Positions 23,805-24,215 of a stretch of 24,215 bases of DNA are shown one piece after another. Numbering within the stretch: position 1 is the stretch's first letter; each line of letters starts with the position of its first letter. The DNA comes from a virus (Duplodnaviria > Caudoviricetes), in IMG/VR virus record IMGVR_UViG_3300017784_008249, positions 1 through 24,215 of that record; one strand, written 5' to 3'. The position numbers and the translations under genes are program-made. Below the pieces are notes generated by a model. The model was given only the letters and a program-made list of their open reading frames with translations, ran no database searches and was not told where the DNA came from.

Positions 23805-24185
23805 ATGTTTTACATTGGTGAAGTAAGAGATAACAGAGACCCTTCTGGAACAGGAAGAATTAAAGTTAGATTTTATAACAAACATAATGACATTAGAGAG
23901 ATACCAGATGCTGGGTTACCATGGGCACATCCAATATTACCTATAACATCAATGACATCTGGGGGTATTGGCCATAAACCACGAGCACCAATGATTGGTG
24001 CTAGAGTAATTTGTGTTTATCTTGAAAATGATACTGATAAATTATATCCGTATTATATTGGGTGTATAATACGTGCGGAAAAAGATGACAATACAGGAAT
24101 ACAACAAGAGGATAAAAAGTCGGGCATTAAAAAAATTAATTCATCATCAGCAGCGCCAGATTCTCCTGGTGGTAAAATTTCTTAA
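23805..24185 (+). CDS. gp5: gp5-like baseplate spike protein, N-terminal OB-fold only
   Basis: GEV.D..DP...GRIKVR....H.......LPWA.P..P.TS...G; AAAGGAA RBS; TAA stop after 126 aa. Confidence 0.8.
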   Translation: MFYIGEVRDNRDPSGTGRIKVRFYNKHNDIREIPDAGLPWAHPILPITSMTSGGIGHKPRAPMIGARVICVYLENDTDKLYPYYIGCIIRAEKDDNTGIQQEDKKSGIKKINSSSAAPDSPGGKIS

Positions 24186-24202
24186 AAAATAAAGGATCAT
24201 AA

Positions 24203-24215
24203 ATGTCATTAGGCG
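24203..24215 (+). CDS. Start of the next gene (partial)
   Basis: AAAGGA RBS then ATG TCA TTA GGC at the window edge. Confidence 0.55.

Noticed and set aside
13944-24185. Stop-codon reassignment as seen in some large phages
   Set aside because: Core genes are intact in the standard code, no suppressor tRNA is seen, and the short gp5 ends in TAA

Overview
A 24-kb segment of a large T4-like (myovirus) phage genome. The host is most likely an alphaproteobacterium, inferred from the circularly permuted two-piece tmRNA with an ANDN...ALAA tag. 1-9.7 kb is an early/accessory region of about 25 mostly small genes, divergently transcribed from about 4.2 kb and driven by about 11 sigma70-like promoters. 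Many promoters share a repeated promoter-plus-leader cassette (TTGnnn-N17-TA(T/C/G)nnT-AAGAAT-ATG). Recognisable products there include an LpxH/YbbF-like metallophosphoesterase, a LigA-Ia-like mini-protein, a P-loop ATPase, a DUF1281/YubB-like protein and a SWIM-finger protein. Two non-coding repeat loci lie at 6.67-7.47 kb and 9.73-10.18 kb and are origin/iteron candidates. 10.2-16.2 kb carries DUF1289, DUF932, a GIY-YIG-like protein, the permuted tmRNA (its 3' end is duplicated around a small ORF), tRNA-Arg(UCU), gp33, an HEXXH protein, gp59 and gp32. 16.2-24.2 kb is a very AT-rich late baseplate/tail module: a two-domain muralytic hub/tape-measure-like protein, gp51, gp26, gp54, gp2, gp4, gp48, gp53, a gp27-like hub and a truncated or split gp5. 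The most notable observations are a T_TTT_TTT -1 slippery site that could fuse gp26 to gp51 like lambda G/GT, the structured tmRNA intervening segment and duplicated tmRNA tail, and the promoter cassettes with an AUG at the predicted +1. All family assignments come from motif recognition only; no searches were run.
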